Positions 1-10,272 are shown, numbered from the stretch's first letter. The stretch: DNA of 51,605 bases from an uncultured Mycoplasmatota bacterium (GCA_946494345.1 CAMMBX010000001.1:1-51605), one strand, 5' to 3'. Made by a program: numbers and translations. Notes: generated by a model from the letters alone, not told the origin.

Positions 1-63
1 TCACTAAGAAATAGAAAAGAAAGAGAGGTGTAGTCGAGATTTGTCTACTCGACTGAAAACATT

Positions 64-1755
64 ATGTATCAAGCTTTATATCGTAAATATAGACCTACTG
101 TTTTTGATGATGTAGTTGGACAAAATGTTGTAGTTAATACTTTAAAAAATGCAATTAAATATAATCATATAAATCATGCTTATTTGTTTTCTGGTCCTAG
201 AGGTACTGGTAAGACAACAATTGCCAAGATATTTGCAAGATCTGTTAACTGCTTAGAACCAGTTGATGGTGTTGCCTGTGGAAAATGTAAAAGTTGCTTA
301 TATTCTTTTTCTAAAGAGTGTATGGATATTATTGAAATAGATGCTGCCTCTAATAATGGTGTTGATGAAATAAGAGAACTTCGTAGTAAAGTTAATATTT
401 TGCCTAGTGAATTAAAATATAAAGTATATATTATAGATGAGGTTCATATGTTATCAATTGGTGCTTTTAATGCTTTACTTAAAACTATCGAAGAGCCTCC
501 AGAACATGTTATTTTTATATTAGCCACTACAGATCCAGAAAAAATACCTGCAACAATAATATCTAGATGTCAATGGTATTCTTTTAAAAAGATTAGTAAT
601 GATGACATAAAGAAAAGATTATCAGAGATAGTTAAAGCTGAAAATATAAAAATTGAAGATAATGTTCTTGATAAGATTGCCCAAGCTTCTGATGGGGGAC
701 TTCGTGATGCGATTGGACTTCTTGACAAACTAAGGGCTTTTTGTACTGATGAGATTACTTTAAATGATTTTTATGAGATAAATGGGGAAGTTAATGAGGA
801 AGAATTAAAAAAACTAGAGAATTTAATATTTTCTTATGAAATAAGTGATGTTCTTTCAACAATCGAAAGTTATTATCAAAATGGTAAAAATTTAATACAA
901 GTAGTTAAACAGTTGATGATTCTTATAAAAGATGAGCTTTTTAACCATTATTTAAATGATTCTGTACTTTCTTTTGATGAAGAAGAACTTGTTAACTTTC
1001 TTAATCTATTAAATGAACATCTTGTCGAGTTAAAAAAAGCTGATGATGTTAGATTGTCTGTAGAGATATTCTTATTACATTATATTAATGAACATAAAAA
1101 TAATGATTCTAAGGTGGAAGTTAGGAGTCAAGTAAATAATAATAATATAAAAGAAACTTCTTATGTAAGATCTGCAAAAGAAGAAAAAACTATATCCACA
1201 AAGACTGTGGAAAAAGAAAATAAAGAAAAAACTTTATTAACAGAAGTTGTTCAAAAAAATAATGAACAAACGAAAAAATATAAAGAGTTAATGTTAATAA
1301 GAAGTAAGAATACAATGATAGAAGCAGTTAAAGATGAGCTTAATAAAGAGACTGCTAATCTTGAGAAACTTAATGATTATACATTTGATCCTAATAATGG
1401 TTACCTTGCTTGTGAACTTTTAGATGGTAAGATTAGGGCTTCTAGTCCTAAGAATATTGTTATTAGTTATGATTATGAAGGTATGGTAGATAAGTTAAGT
1501 AATCATTTTGATAAATTAAATGACTTTTATAATGAAAAGACAGGTTCATCTAAAAAAATTGCTTTTATTACAACAGCAAAGTGGAATGAGTTAAAATTAG
1601 AATACATTAATCTACATAAACAAGGTAAACACTTTGAATATCAAGAAGAACCTGTATTGAATACTTTAGGAGAAGATGATAAAATAAATAGTGAATCTAA
1701 CGACTTAATAAGTAAAACTATTGAGATGTTTGGAGATTTAGTAGAAGTTGAATAG
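64..1755 (+). CDS. dnaX: DNA polymerase III subunit gamma/tau (DnaX)
   Basis: N-terminus MYQALYRKYRPTVFDDVVGQ is the canonical DnaX start. Walker A GPRGTGKTT, Zn module CGKCKSC, Walker B IIDEVHML, SRC motif (ISRCQ). No SD within normal distance of the ATG (see finding). Confidence 0.95.
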   Translation: MYQALYRKYRPTVFDDVVGQNVVVNTLKNAIKYNHINHAYLFSGPRGTGKTTIAKIFARSVNCLEPVDGVACGKCKSCLYSFSKECMDIIEIDAASNNGVDEIRELRSKVNILPSELKYKVYIIDEVHMLSIGAFNALLKTIEEPPEHVIFILATTDPEKIPATIISRCQWYSFKKISNDDIKKRLSEIVKAENIKIEDNVLDKIAQASDGGLRDAIGLLDKLRAFCTDEITLNDFYEINGEVNEEELKKLENLIFSYEISDVLSTIESYYQNGKNLIQVVKQLMILIKDELFNHYLNDSVLSFDEEELVNFLNLLNEHLVELKKADDVRLSVEIFLLHYINEHKNNDSKVEVRSQVNNNNIKETSYVRSAKEEKTISTKTVEKENKEKTLLTEVVQKNNEQTKKYKELMLIRSKNTMIEAVKDELNKETANLEKLNDYTFDPNNGYLACELLDGKIRASSPKNIVISYDYEGMVDKLSNHFDKLNDFYNEKTGSSKKIAFITTAKWNELKLEYINLHKQGKHFEYQEEPVLNTLGEDDKINSESNDLISKTIEMFGDLVEVE

Positions 1756-1769
1756 AAAGAAGGAATATT

Positions 1770-2066
1770 ATGAATATACAAGCGATGATGAAACAAGCTC
1801 AGAAATTACAAAGTGATATGATGAAAGTTAAGGACGAAATCGATAAGATGGAGTTTTCTAGTACTAATGGGTTAGTAACAGTTAAAATTAATGGTAAGAA
1901 AGAAATAATAGATGTTAAAATTGCCAACGATTCTGATTTTTCTAGTGATGATTTAGAAATGCTTCAAGATATGATAGTTATTGCAGTAAATGATGCAATG
2001 AAACAAGTAGATAAAGTTACAGAAGAGAAAATGGGACGTTTTAGTTCTATACCTGGGTTATTTTAA
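1770..2066 (+). CDS. ybaB: Nucleoid-associated protein YbaB/EbfC family
   Basis: ~100-aa protein starting MNIQAMMKQAQKLQSDMMKV, typical of the YbaB family. Conserved position between dnaX and recR. Confidence 0.9.
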   Translation: MNIQAMMKQAQKLQSDMMKVKDEIDKMEFSSTNGLVTVKINGKKEIIDVKIANDSDFSSDDLEMLQDMIVIAVNDAMKQVDKVTEEKMGRFSSIPGLF

Positions 2067-2662
2067 TGTATCCTGATAGTTTAAAGAACTTAATAGAGAG
2101 TTTTGAAAATTTTCCAGGAATAGGAGAAAAGACGGCAGAACGGATGGCTTTTTCTGTTCTTGGGTTTGATGAAGATAAATTTAGATTGTTACAAGAAAAT
2201 TTAGAGGATGTTAAAAATAATATTCATCCATGTAAGATATGTAATACACTTACTGATAAAGATGAATGTATGATATGTAGTTCTGACTTGAGAGAAAAAG
2301 GGACTATTTTAGTGGTAGAAGATTCTAAAATAGTGTTCTTGTTTGAAAAGTTAGGGACTTATAAAGGTCTATATCATGTTATTAATGGACTTATTTCACC
2401 ACTTGATGATGTTAATCCTGAAGATATAGGACTTGATAAATTATTGGATAGAGTTAAGAATGAAAATATTAAAGAAGTAATACTTGCTTTAAAACCTAGT
2501 GTGGAAGGAGAGATAACTTCTTTATATATTAAGAAAATACTAGAGGGAATGAATATTGTTGTTACAAGACTTGCTAGTGGGGTACCTATAGGTGCTGATA
2601 TGGAATATATAGATACTCTTACTTTGGAAAGAGCTTTAGAAGATAGAAAAGAACTTTCATAA
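2066..2662 (+). CDS. recR: Recombination protein RecR
   Basis: HhH motif FPGIGEKTAERMAF, Cys4 finger CKICNTLTDKDECMIC, Toprim-like C-terminal half. Start overlaps the ybaB stop (TAATG). Confidence 0.95.
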   Translation: MYPDSLKNLIESFENFPGIGEKTAERMAFSVLGFDEDKFRLLQENLEDVKNNIHPCKICNTLTDKDECMICSSDLREKGTILVVEDSKIVFLFEKLGTYKGLYHVINGLISPLDDVNPEDIGLDKLLDRVKNENIKEVILALKPSVEGEITSLYIKKILEGMNIVVTRLASGVPIGADMEYIDTLTLERALEDRKELS

Positions 2663-2692
2663 TTATAATTACTTTTTCATATGCTTTATTAG

Positions 2693-2899
2693 GTGAAGAC
2701 TATGAAGCAAATTATGAAGAAAGTATGGCATGTTTTACAAAGAATAATAATTAGTACTTTTATACTGTATGGTTATAATTTAATTGCAACAAGATTTAAC
2801 TTAGTTATTCCTATTAATGTTATTACAGTAGGCTCTGTTAGTTTACTTGGGTTTCCAATGCTCTTTGTTTTGGTTTTATTAAAAGTATTAATGTTTTAA
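2693..2899 (+). CDS. bofA: BofA-family small membrane protein (pro-sigma-K processing inhibitor-like)
   Basis: NLVIPINVITVGSVSLLGFPMLFVLVLLKVL resembles B. subtilis BofA GIHVPINLVTTAISGILGIPGIAALVVIKQFI. Same position after recR as in Bacillus. The true start is probably ATG 2702 (AGGTG 7 nt upstream). Confidence 0.7.
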   Translation: MKTMKQIMKKVWHVLQRIIISTFILYGYNLIATRFNLVIPINVITVGSVSLLGFPMLFVLVLLKVLMF

Positions 2900-2911
2900 A
2901 GGTGGTGTCTA

Positions 2912-3739
2912 ATGGATTTAGAAGTAGAGTCTTTACAGCCTAAATTTTATAATGAGATAAATAAAGCTCTTGATAAGGGCTTTTTGTCGCATGCTTATCT
3001 AATAGAGACTAATAATAATAGTTTAGAGGTTGTTAAGAAATATGTTCTTTTCTTAGTAGAGAAAATATATGAAGACTCTTATAAAAATCATGATGTTACT
3101 ATATCTAAAGATAAATTATTTCATTTAATTGAAAATAAAGAGTTTCCTGATTATATAGAAGTTAATCCTATTAATAATCAGATAAAAAAAGAACAATTAC
3201 TATTTATTAGAGATGAGTTTTCTAGTAAATCTCTTTATAATACAAGAAAAGTATATGTTGTATTTGAATGTGAAAAGATGAATGTTAGTGCTTCTAATAC
3301 AATTTTAAAGTTTCTTGAAGAGCCAAGTGATGATGTAGTGGCTATCTTTGTTACTAGTAATCAATATAATATTTTAGATACTATTAAATCTAGATGTCAG
3401 ATTATAAGGCTTCAATATGAAGATAGTAGTGATATTAGTTTTAGTGATGATGTTCTTTCTTTTGTTGAAGATATAAATAATAGAAAGAATGAGGACTTGT
3501 TACTTAAGTTTAATTATTATAACAATAACTTGTTTAAAGATAAGAGTATGGCAACTAATTTTATTAGAGAAGTACTTAAGTATTATGAAGTATTGTTAAA
3601 TAAAAAAGATGGCACTACTAAACTAGAAGATATAATTAATATTGTCTCTATATTAGATAAAAGCTTTAAAAAATTAAAATATAATGTTAATATGAAGTTA
3701 TGGATTGATGATTTATTACTTTCTTTGATGGAGGTGTAG
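2912..3739 (+). CDS. holB: DNA polymerase III subunit delta-prime (HolB)
   Basis: HAYLIE box, ILKFLEEP, IKSRCQI (SRC) motifs. Synteny with ricT downstream. Confidence 0.85.
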   Translation: MDLEVESLQPKFYNEINKALDKGFLSHAYLIETNNNSLEVVKKYVLFLVEKIYEDSYKNHDVTISKDKLFHLIENKEFPDYIEVNPINNQIKKEQLLFIRDEFSSKSLYNTRKVYVVFECEKMNVSASNTILKFLEEPSDDVVAIFVTSNQYNILDTIKSRCQIIRLQYEDSSDISFSDDVLSFVEDINNRKNEDLLLKFNYYNNNLFKDKSMATNFIREVLKYYEVLLNKKDGTTKLEDIINIVSILDKSFKKLKYNVNMKLWIDDLLLSLMEV

Positions 3740-3740
3740 G

Positions 3741-4520
3741 ATGAAGTTATTAAAAATATCTTATATAGATGAAGTGTTTAACGATTATGATTATGTAAAA
3801 TATCCTGATAATGTATTTTTTAAAATTGGTTGGGAGATTATTGTTAAAAATGATGATATGTTAAAGATTGCATCTATAGTGAGTATAGAAGATGAAGATG
3901 ATATAGATGTTACTACTTCTTTTGTTAGAGTTGCTACTAAAAGAGATAGGGAACAACATAATAAAAATAAAAAAGACAGTATAGAGGCTTTAACTTTTGC
4001 TCAAGAAAAATCTTTAGAGCTTAATTTGGATATGCATTTTATTTCATCTTTTTATACATTTGATAGAAAACAATTATTTCTTTCTTATACAGCGGATGCT
4101 AGGGTTGATTTTAGAGAACTTGCTAAAGTATTAGCACAACGTTATAAGACAAGAATTGAACTTAGACAAATTGGGGTTAGAGATAGAGCAAAGAAAGTAG
4201 GAGGGCTTGGTCCTTGTGGGTTATTTTTATGTTGTAGTACCTTTTTAACTGACTTTGCTAGTGTTTCTATTAATATGGCAAAAAATCAGTTTCTAGCTTT
4301 AAATCCTACAAAGATAAATGGAAGTTGTGGTAGGCTTTTATGTTGTTTGAACTATGAAGATGAAGTTTATACAGAGTTGAAGAAAGGTATGCCTAATATT
4401 GGTAGTTTAGTGGAAACAAAAGAAGGTTTAGGTAAAGTTACAGAAGTAGATGTGTTTAAAAGAACATATAAAGCAGAGTTTAAAGATAAGGGAGTAATAG
4501 AGTTTAGTGTTAACGAATAA
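3741..4520 (+). CDS. ricT: PSP1-domain protein RicT/YaaT (stage 0 sporulation / RNA-processing regulator)
   Basis: PSP1 C-terminal domain with Cys clusters GPCGLFLCC and GSCGRLLCCLNYE. Position after holB. Confidence 0.9.
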   Translation: MKLLKISYIDEVFNDYDYVKYPDNVFFKIGWEIIVKNDDMLKIASIVSIEDEDDIDVTTSFVRVATKRDREQHNKNKKDSIEALTFAQEKSLELNLDMHFISSFYTFDRKQLFLSYTADARVDFRELAKVLAQRYKTRIELRQIGVRDRAKKVGGLGPCGLFLCCSTFLTDFASVSINMAKNQFLALNPTKINGSCGRLLCCLNYEDEVYTELKKGMPNIGSLVETKEGLGKVTEVDVFKRTYKAEFKDKGVIEFSVNE

Positions 4521-5217
4521 AAAAATGGATTTTTTACATAATGGTAAGAACTTAATATTCTATTATGATGATGACTACTTTAAGATTACTACTGATAATC
4601 TTGCTCTTGCTAATTTTATTAAAATAAAAAGTAAAGATAAATTATTAGTAGAGTTTGGTAGTGGACTTATGGCTATACCTTTACTTCTTTCTACTAGAAC
4701 TAATATAAAAATAGTGGGAATAGAAAAAGATGATACAGCTTCTAAACTTTCAGAGATGACGATAAAAGATAATCATTTAGAGGAGAGAATTAAAGTTATT
4801 AATGATGATATTAATAATTTAGATAAATATTTTCCTATTAACTCTATTGATGTTATAGTATGTAATCCTCCATATTTTCTTTTAGAGAATGAATCTAGTG
4901 TTAGTAATAAAGACTATTTAAAGATGGCTAGACATGAAGGTAATATGACTATAGAGATGATAGCAAGATTATCAAAAATTTATTTAAAAGATGGAGGAAG
5001 TCTATTTTTGATACAAAGAGCGGATAGATTGTTTGAAATTAGAGATGTTTTAATTAAGAATAATTTGGCGATTAAAGAGATTCAGTTTATTTATCATGAT
5101 TTAGAGAAATGTGGAAAGTTAGTGTTAGTGGAAGCGAGAAAAAGTGGTAAGGAACATGGATTAAAGGTGTTAAAACCTATTATTTTAGAGAAAGAAAGTA
5201 GTGATGTTAATGGATAA
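4507..5217 (+). CDS. Class I SAM-dependent methyltransferase, YabB/TrmN6-like (tRNA adenine-N6 type)
   Basis: NPPY catalytic motif (VCNPPYF) and SAM-binding loop EFGSGLMAI. Position before rsmI as Bacillus yabB. The track start is GTG 4507; ATG 4525 (MDFLHNG) is an alternative. Confidence 0.75.
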   Translation: MLTNKKMDFLHNGKNLIFYYDDDYFKITTDNLALANFIKIKSKDKLLVEFGSGLMAIPLLLSTRTNIKIVGIEKDDTASKLSEMTIKDNHLEERIKVINDDINNLDKYFPINSIDVIVCNPPYFLLENESSVSNKDYLKMARHEGNMTIEMIARLSKIYLKDGGSLFLIQRADRLFEIRDVLIKNNLAIKEIQFIYHDLEKCGKLVLVEARKSGKEHGLKVLKPIILEKESSDVNG

Positions 5218-6034
5218 ACCAAGTTTATATTTGATACCAACTCCAATAGGTAATTTAGATGATATTACTATTAGAGGATTAAAGACTTTAGAACTTGTTG
5301 ATGTTATACTTTGTGAAGATACTAGGGAGACTTCTAAATTACTTAGTAAATATAATATAAAAAATAAATTAGTTAGTTGTCATGAGTTTAACGAAGATAA
5401 AATGAAAGATAAAGTACTTGGCTTTTTAGAGTCAGGTTTAAATGTTGGTTTAGTTACTGACCAAGGTACTCCTTTAATTAGTGACCCTGGGTATAGAATA
5501 GTTGACTATATCTCCTCCCATGATTATAATATTGTGAGTTTACCAGGAGCGACAGCCTTTGTTCCTGCTTTAACTATTTCTGCTCTAGCACCGCAACCTT
5601 TTACTTTTTATGGCTTTCTTAATGCAAAGAAAAATAAACAGATAAAAGAATTAGAGACTTTAAGAAACCATCCTTATACATTAATATTTTATGAGGCTCC
5701 TCACAGATTAATAGATACTTTAAATAATATTAAAGATGTCTTTGGTGATAGAAATATTTGTGTAGTTAGAGAAATATCTAAAAAGTATGAACAGGCAATT
5801 AGAGGTAAAATAAGTGAAGTATTGGCAAGTGATTTTCCTATTAAGGGAGAATTTGTTATTGTAGTAGAAGGTGCTAAGTTAGAATTTGACTTTAATAGTA
5901 TGAGTATTGTAGAACATGTTAATTATTATATAAAAGATGGTAATACTAAGAATGATGCTATTAAGTTAGTGGCAAAAGAAAGAGGTATTCCTAAGTCTAT
6001 TGTCTATAAAGAATATCTTGATAATAATAAATAA
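5201..6034 (+). CDS. rsmI: 16S rRNA (cytidine1402-2'-O)-methyltransferase RsmI
   Basis: Tetrapyrrole-methylase fold motifs LYLIPTPIGNLDDIT, CEDTR, GTPLISDPG. Likely start is ATG 5204 or 5210. Confidence 0.9.
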   Translation: MMLMDKPSLYLIPTPIGNLDDITIRGLKTLELVDVILCEDTRETSKLLSKYNIKNKLVSCHEFNEDKMKDKVLGFLESGLNVGLVTDQGTPLISDPGYRIVDYISSHDYNIVSLPGATAFVPALTISALAPQPFTFYGFLNAKKNKQIKELETLRNHPYTLIFYEAPHRLIDTLNNIKDVFGDRNICVVREISKKYEQAIRGKISEVLASDFPIKGEFVIVVEGAKLEFDFNSMSIVEHVNYYIKDGNTKNDAIKLVAKERGIPKSIVYKEYLDNNK

Positions 6035-6057
6035 ATTATTTCCCGGGAAATAATTTT
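6033..6057. terminator. Perfect 24-bp palindrome after rsmI (hairpin, possible bidirectional terminator)
   Basis: aaattatttccc/gggaaataattt (6033-6056) is fully self-complementary and runs into a T-run. Confidence 0.55.
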
Positions 6058-6061
6058 AGAG

Positions 6062-6637
6062 GTGGTTTTAATTATGAAATTAATTGTTGGACTAGGTAAT
6101 GTTGGAAAAGAATATGAAAATACAAGACATAATATGGGATTTATGTTAGTAGATAGGTATTTAGATTATAAAAATATTCCTTTAAAATTTAAAGAAAAGT
6201 TTAATGCTATGTATGTAGAGACTACTATTAATAATGAGAAAGTTATCTTTATTAAACCTACTACTTATATGAATAATTCTGGTATTGCAGTTAGAGCTTT
6301 TCTAGACTTTTATAAATTAGACGTTCAAGATGTCTTAGTAATTAGTGATGACCTTGATTTAGATTTAGGTAAGTTTAGATTAAGAAGAAATGGTAGTAGT
6401 GGAGGACATAATGGGTTAAAGAGTATTATTTCCCATCTTGGAACTGATGGTTTTAAAAGACTTAGAATAGGTATTTCTAATGATAAAGATGATGTTATTA
6501 ATTATGTCTTATCTAAATTTAGTAAGAAGGAACTTAATGAGATAGATACAATGTTTGATACCTTAGTTAATGTTTTAGATGATTATTTTGTAATGGACTT
6601 TACCTCTTTGATGAGTAAATATAATAGAAAGGGGTAA
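6062..6637 (+). CDS. pth: Peptidyl-tRNA hydrolase
   Basis: GLGNVGKEYENTRHNMGF and SGGHNGLKSI motifs. Likely start is ATG 6074 (MKLIVGLGN). Confidence 0.95.
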   Translation: MVLIMKLIVGLGNVGKEYENTRHNMGFMLVDRYLDYKNIPLKFKEKFNAMYVETTINNEKVIFIKPTTYMNNSGIAVRAFLDFYKLDVQDVLVISDDLDLDLGKFRLRRNGSSGGHNGLKSIISHLGTDGFKRLRIGISNDKDDVINYVLSKFSKKELNEIDTMFDTLVNVLDDYFVMDFTSLMSKYNRKG

Positions 6638-6639
6638 TT

Positions 6640-9600
6640 ATGAAAGTATTTGATAACTTCTTTGAGAAAATTTATGATAAAGATATCGCTCTTACAGGGA
6701 TGACTGAAGAGCTTTTTGCCGTTTATGTAAATAAACTTTATGATAATAAGAAAAACATTTTGATAGTTACTTCTAATCTAGTAGAATCTAATAGTTTATA
6801 TAGAAGTATTAGTAATTATACAGACAATGTATATTTGTTTCCAATGGATGATTTTTTAACTAGTGAAGCGATGGCGATTAGTCCTGATTTAATGGTTACA
6901 AGACTTGAGACAATGGAAGCGATTAGTAAGGATAGTCCTGCTATTGTTATTACTAATTTAATGGGTTATTTAAGATATTTACCTACAAAAAAAGAATATT
7001 TAAAGAGTGTTTTATCTTTAAAGGTAAATGATGAGATTAGTCCTAAAGAATTAGTAGAAAGACTTACTAATATAGGGTATGAGAGGACTACTTTAGTTAC
7101 AAAGACTGGAGAAATTGGGGTTAGAGGTTTTGTTATAGATATTTTTCCATTAGGTGAATCTAATCCTGTTAGATTAGAGTTTTTTGGTGATACAATAGAT
7201 TCTATTAGATATTTTGATGGTAAAAGTCAAAAGTCTTTAAATGAAATAAAAAGTATTGAAATATATCCTTATACAGAAATATTTTCTAATGATACTTTTA
7301 TTCCAGAAGAGAAAAGAAATACTAAGTATTTAAGTGAATATGGCGATGTAACTAATATTGGTGGTTATTTAGATAATCATGTAACTATTTATAAAGATAA
7401 AAGTGCAATATTAATTAATTATAAACAGATATGTACAGATATTTTAGAGTATAGAGAAGAGAAAGATACTGACTTTAAAGGTAGTTATATGGCATCATTT
7501 GATGATATCTATGAAAACGATGCCTTACATTATTTAACAGTTGATAATTTAGATAAGTCTTTAAAGATAATAGATTTTAAGAGCAAAGAATTACCTTTAT
7601 TTAATGATGATATTGAAGGTATTACTAAGTATATTAGAGAAAAGTTATATGCTAATTATACAGTTATTGTTTGTTTAAAAGATTATCAGTTACATAGTTT
7701 TAGAAGTAAGATATCTTTGCCTATTATGGATACTACAATGGATGAAATCTATCATAATAAGCTTAATTTAGTTAACTTTAGTTTGGATAGTGGTTTTCAG
7801 TATAAGAATTATATCTTTTTAACAGGTAGAGAATTATTTAGAAATAATGAGAAGGTTAAGAAGTATAAGACTAAGTTTAAATATAATACAAAGATAACTG
7901 ATTTAAATAAATTAGAGATAGGTGATTATGTTGTTCATCAAGTTCATGGTATTGGTATTTATAATGGTTTAAAGACTTTAAGTCAACAAGGTGTTTTAAA
8001 AGATTATATAGAAGTTTTATATCAAGGTAATGATAAGCTTTATATTCCTGTAGAAAAAATAGATATGCTTTATAAATATACTGGTAAAGAAGGAGTTAGA
8101 CCAACTATTTATAAGCTTGGTGGTAAAGAATGGGAAAAGGTTAAAGCTAGAGTTAAAAGTAAAGTTCAAGATATGGCTAATGACTTGTTAAGAGTACAAG
8201 CGGAACGTGAAAGACAAAAAGGTTTTGCTTTTTCTCCTGATAATGAGTTACAAAAAGAGTTTGAAGATGCTTTCCCTTATGTGGCAACTAATGACCAGTT
8301 GCTTGCTACTAAACAGATAAAAGAAGATATGGAGAAAGTCTCTCCAATGGATAGATTATTAGTAGGAGATGTTGGTTTTGGTAAGACAGAAGTAGCTTTT
8401 AGAGCAGCCTTTAAAGCGATTATGGATAATAAGCAAGTATTACTTTTATGTCCAACAACTATTCTTTCTAGTCAACATTATAAAAATGCATTAGAGAGAT
8501 TTAAAGATTTTCCTGTTAATATTGGTCTTTTAAATAGATTTACTAGTACAAGAGAACGTAATAGGATACTAGAAGAGTTAAGAGAAGGAACAATTGACTT
8601 TGTTATTGGTACTCATAGAATTCTTAGTGATGATATTAGACCTAAGGATTTAGGATTATTAATTATTGATGAAGAGCAGAGATTTGGGGTTAAACATAAA
8701 GAGAAGTTAAAACAATATAAGAGTACTGTAGATGTTTTAACTTTAACGGCTACACCTATTCCTAGAACTTTACAAATGTCTATTGCTGGTATTAGAAGTC
8801 TATCTTTAATTGAGACTCCTCCAAGAGATAGATATCCAATACAAACTTATGTTATCGCTTATAATAAACAACTTGTTAGGGAAGCGATAATGAAAGAGAT
8901 GTCTCGTGATGGACAAGTATTTTTGTTATTTAATAATGTTGAAAATATTGAACAAGAAGTAATGGAGATAGAGAATCTTGTTCCAAGTGCTAGAGTTATT
9001 TATGCTCATGGTAGAATGGATAAGACTAAGATTGAAGATGTTATGCAGTCATTTATTGACCATGAGGCAGATGTTTTAGTATGTACGACAATAATAGAGA
9101 CGGGTATTGATATTCCTAATGTTAATACATTAATTATTTTAGATGCTGATAGATTTGGTCTTGCGCAGTTATATCAGATTAGAGGTAGAGTTGGTCGTAG
9201 TAATAAAATTGCTTATTGTTACTTAATGTATCAAGAACATAAAGTATTAACAGAAACTGCAGAAAAACGTTTAAAAGTTATTAAAGAGTTTACGGAGTTA
9301 GGTAGTGGTTTTTCTATTGCAACTCGTGATTTATCTATTAGAGGAGCAGGGGATATTTTAGGTAGTAAACAAGCAGGCTTTATTGATAGTGTTGGTATTG
9401 ACCTTTATTTAAAGATGCTTAACGAAGAAGTAGAACGTCTTAAAGGTAATGTTGTGGAAGAAGATAGTGAAGAAGAGTCTAATAAGACGTTACTTAATGT
9501 ATCTACTCATATTAGTGATGATTATGTAACTGATGATGATTTGAAGATTATGATTCACAGAATGATTAATGAGATAGATAGTAAAGAGAAACTTGAAGAA

Positions 9601-9924
9601 GTTAGAAGTGACTTAGAAGATAGATTTGGTAAACTTAGTGAAGATATCATTGTTTATATGTATGAAGAGTGGTTTGAGAAACTTGTTAAACAAGTGGGTG
9701 TTACTAAAGTTAGTGAGACTAAAAATACTATTGAACTTTACTTTGATAAAGAATCTACTAGTAAGTTAAATACAGAAGATTTATTTATGAATGCATATAC
9801 TATTAGTCCTATGTTTAGATTTAAGAGTAGGGAGAGTGATTTAACTATTATCTTAGATATTGTTAAATTAGAGAAACATCCTATATATTATTTAGTTGCT
9901 TTGTTATCTAGTATGGTGAGTTAA
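6640..9924 (+). CDS. mfd: Transcription-repair coupling factor Mfd
   Basis: 1094 aa. CarD/RID-like YVVHQVHGIGIY, SF2 helicase motifs GDVGFGKTEVA, DEEQRFG, TATPIPRTL, QLYQIRGRVGRS. Follows pth as in Bacillus. Confidence 0.95.
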   Translation: MKVFDNFFEKIYDKDIALTGMTEELFAVYVNKLYDNKKNILIVTSNLVESNSLYRSISNYTDNVYLFPMDDFLTSEAMAISPDLMVTRLETMEAISKDSPAIVITNLMGYLRYLPTKKEYLKSVLSLKVNDEISPKELVERLTNIGYERTTLVTKTGEIGVRGFVIDIFPLGESNPVRLEFFGDTIDSIRYFDGKSQKSLNEIKSIEIYPYTEIFSNDTFIPEEKRNTKYLSEYGDVTNIGGYLDNHVTIYKDKSAILINYKQICTDILEYREEKDTDFKGSYMASFDDIYENDALHYLTVDNLDKSLKIIDFKSKELPLFNDDIEGITKYIREKLYANYTVIVCLKDYQLHSFRSKISLPIMDTTMDEIYHNKLNLVNFSLDSGFQYKNYIFLTGRELFRNNEKVKKYKTKFKYNTKITDLNKLEIGDYVVHQVHGIGIYNGLKTLSQQGVLKDYIEVLYQGNDKLYIPVEKIDMLYKYTGKEGVRPTIYKLGGKEWEKVKARVKSKVQDMANDLLRVQAERERQKGFAFSPDNELQKEFEDAFPYVATNDQLLATKQIKEDMEKVSPMDRLLVGDVGFGKTEVAFRAAFKAIMDNKQVLLLCPTTILSSQHYKNALERFKDFPVNIGLLNRFTSTRERNRILEELREGTIDFVIGTHRILSDDIRPKDLGLLIIDEEQRFGVKHKEKLKQYKSTVDVLTLTATPIPRTLQMSIAGIRSLSLIETPPRDRYPIQTYVIAYNKQLVREAIMKEMSRDGQVFLLFNNVENIEQEVMEIENLVPSARVIYAHGRMDKTKIEDVMQSFIDHEADVLVCTTIIETGIDIPNVNTLIILDADRFGLAQLYQIRGRVGRSNKIAYCYLMYQEHKVLTETAEKRLKVIKEFTELGSGFSIATRDLSIRGAGDILGSKQAGFIDSVGIDLYLKMLNEEVERLKGNVVEEDSEEESNKTLLNVSTHISDDYVTDDDLKIMIHRMINEIDSKEKLEEVRSDLEDRFGKLSEDIIVYMYEEWFEKLVKQVGVTKVSETKNTIELYFDKESTSKLNTEDLFMNAYTISPMFRFKSRESDLTIILDIVKLEKHPIYYLVALLSSMVS

Positions 9925-9987
9925 GTTTTTATTTACAAAATGAAGAAATAGTGTATTATATGTGGCAAATGAAGGTAGAGAGGTTTT

Positions 9988-10272
9988 GTGAGCAATGTAT
10001 CATATTATAATATTTATGATGATGATTATGATGGTGATAGAGAAAGGTATTTTAAAAAGAAATATGATAAGACTGTTGAAACTTTAAATAAGTTATCAGA
10101 GTTAATTGCTTTTATAAATACTTATGGGAAACTTTATACTAAATATTATGAGGCATTTATTATTAATCTTAATAATGTTAGTGAACATTTTTTACAGAGT
10201 TCTGATTTTAAAGTTATTGATGAATTATATACATTATATTCTTCTTTAAGAGAGTTAAACAAATCAAAATAA
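9988..10272 (+). CDS. Hypothetical protein (94 aa, Asp/Tyr/Lys-rich)
   Basis: GTG start with AGAGAGG 6 nt upstream. Co-oriented with its neighbours. No recognisable motif. Confidence 0.4.
   Translation: MSNVSYYNIYDDDYDGDRERYFKKKYDKTVETLNKLSELIAFINTYGKLYTKYYEAFIINLNNVSEHFLQSSDFKVIDELYTLYSSLRELNKSK

Noticed and set aside
1032-1038. A_AAA_AAA slippery heptamer in dnaX with a -1 frame stop two codons later (AGC TGA), reminiscent of the E. coli gamma-subunit frameshift
   Set aside because: A7 runs are frequent in this AT-rich genome (another in-frame one lies near 808-814). Truncation at about residue 325 would remove the end of domain III. Firmicute dnaX is not known to use this mechanism, and I saw no downstream stimulatory stem.
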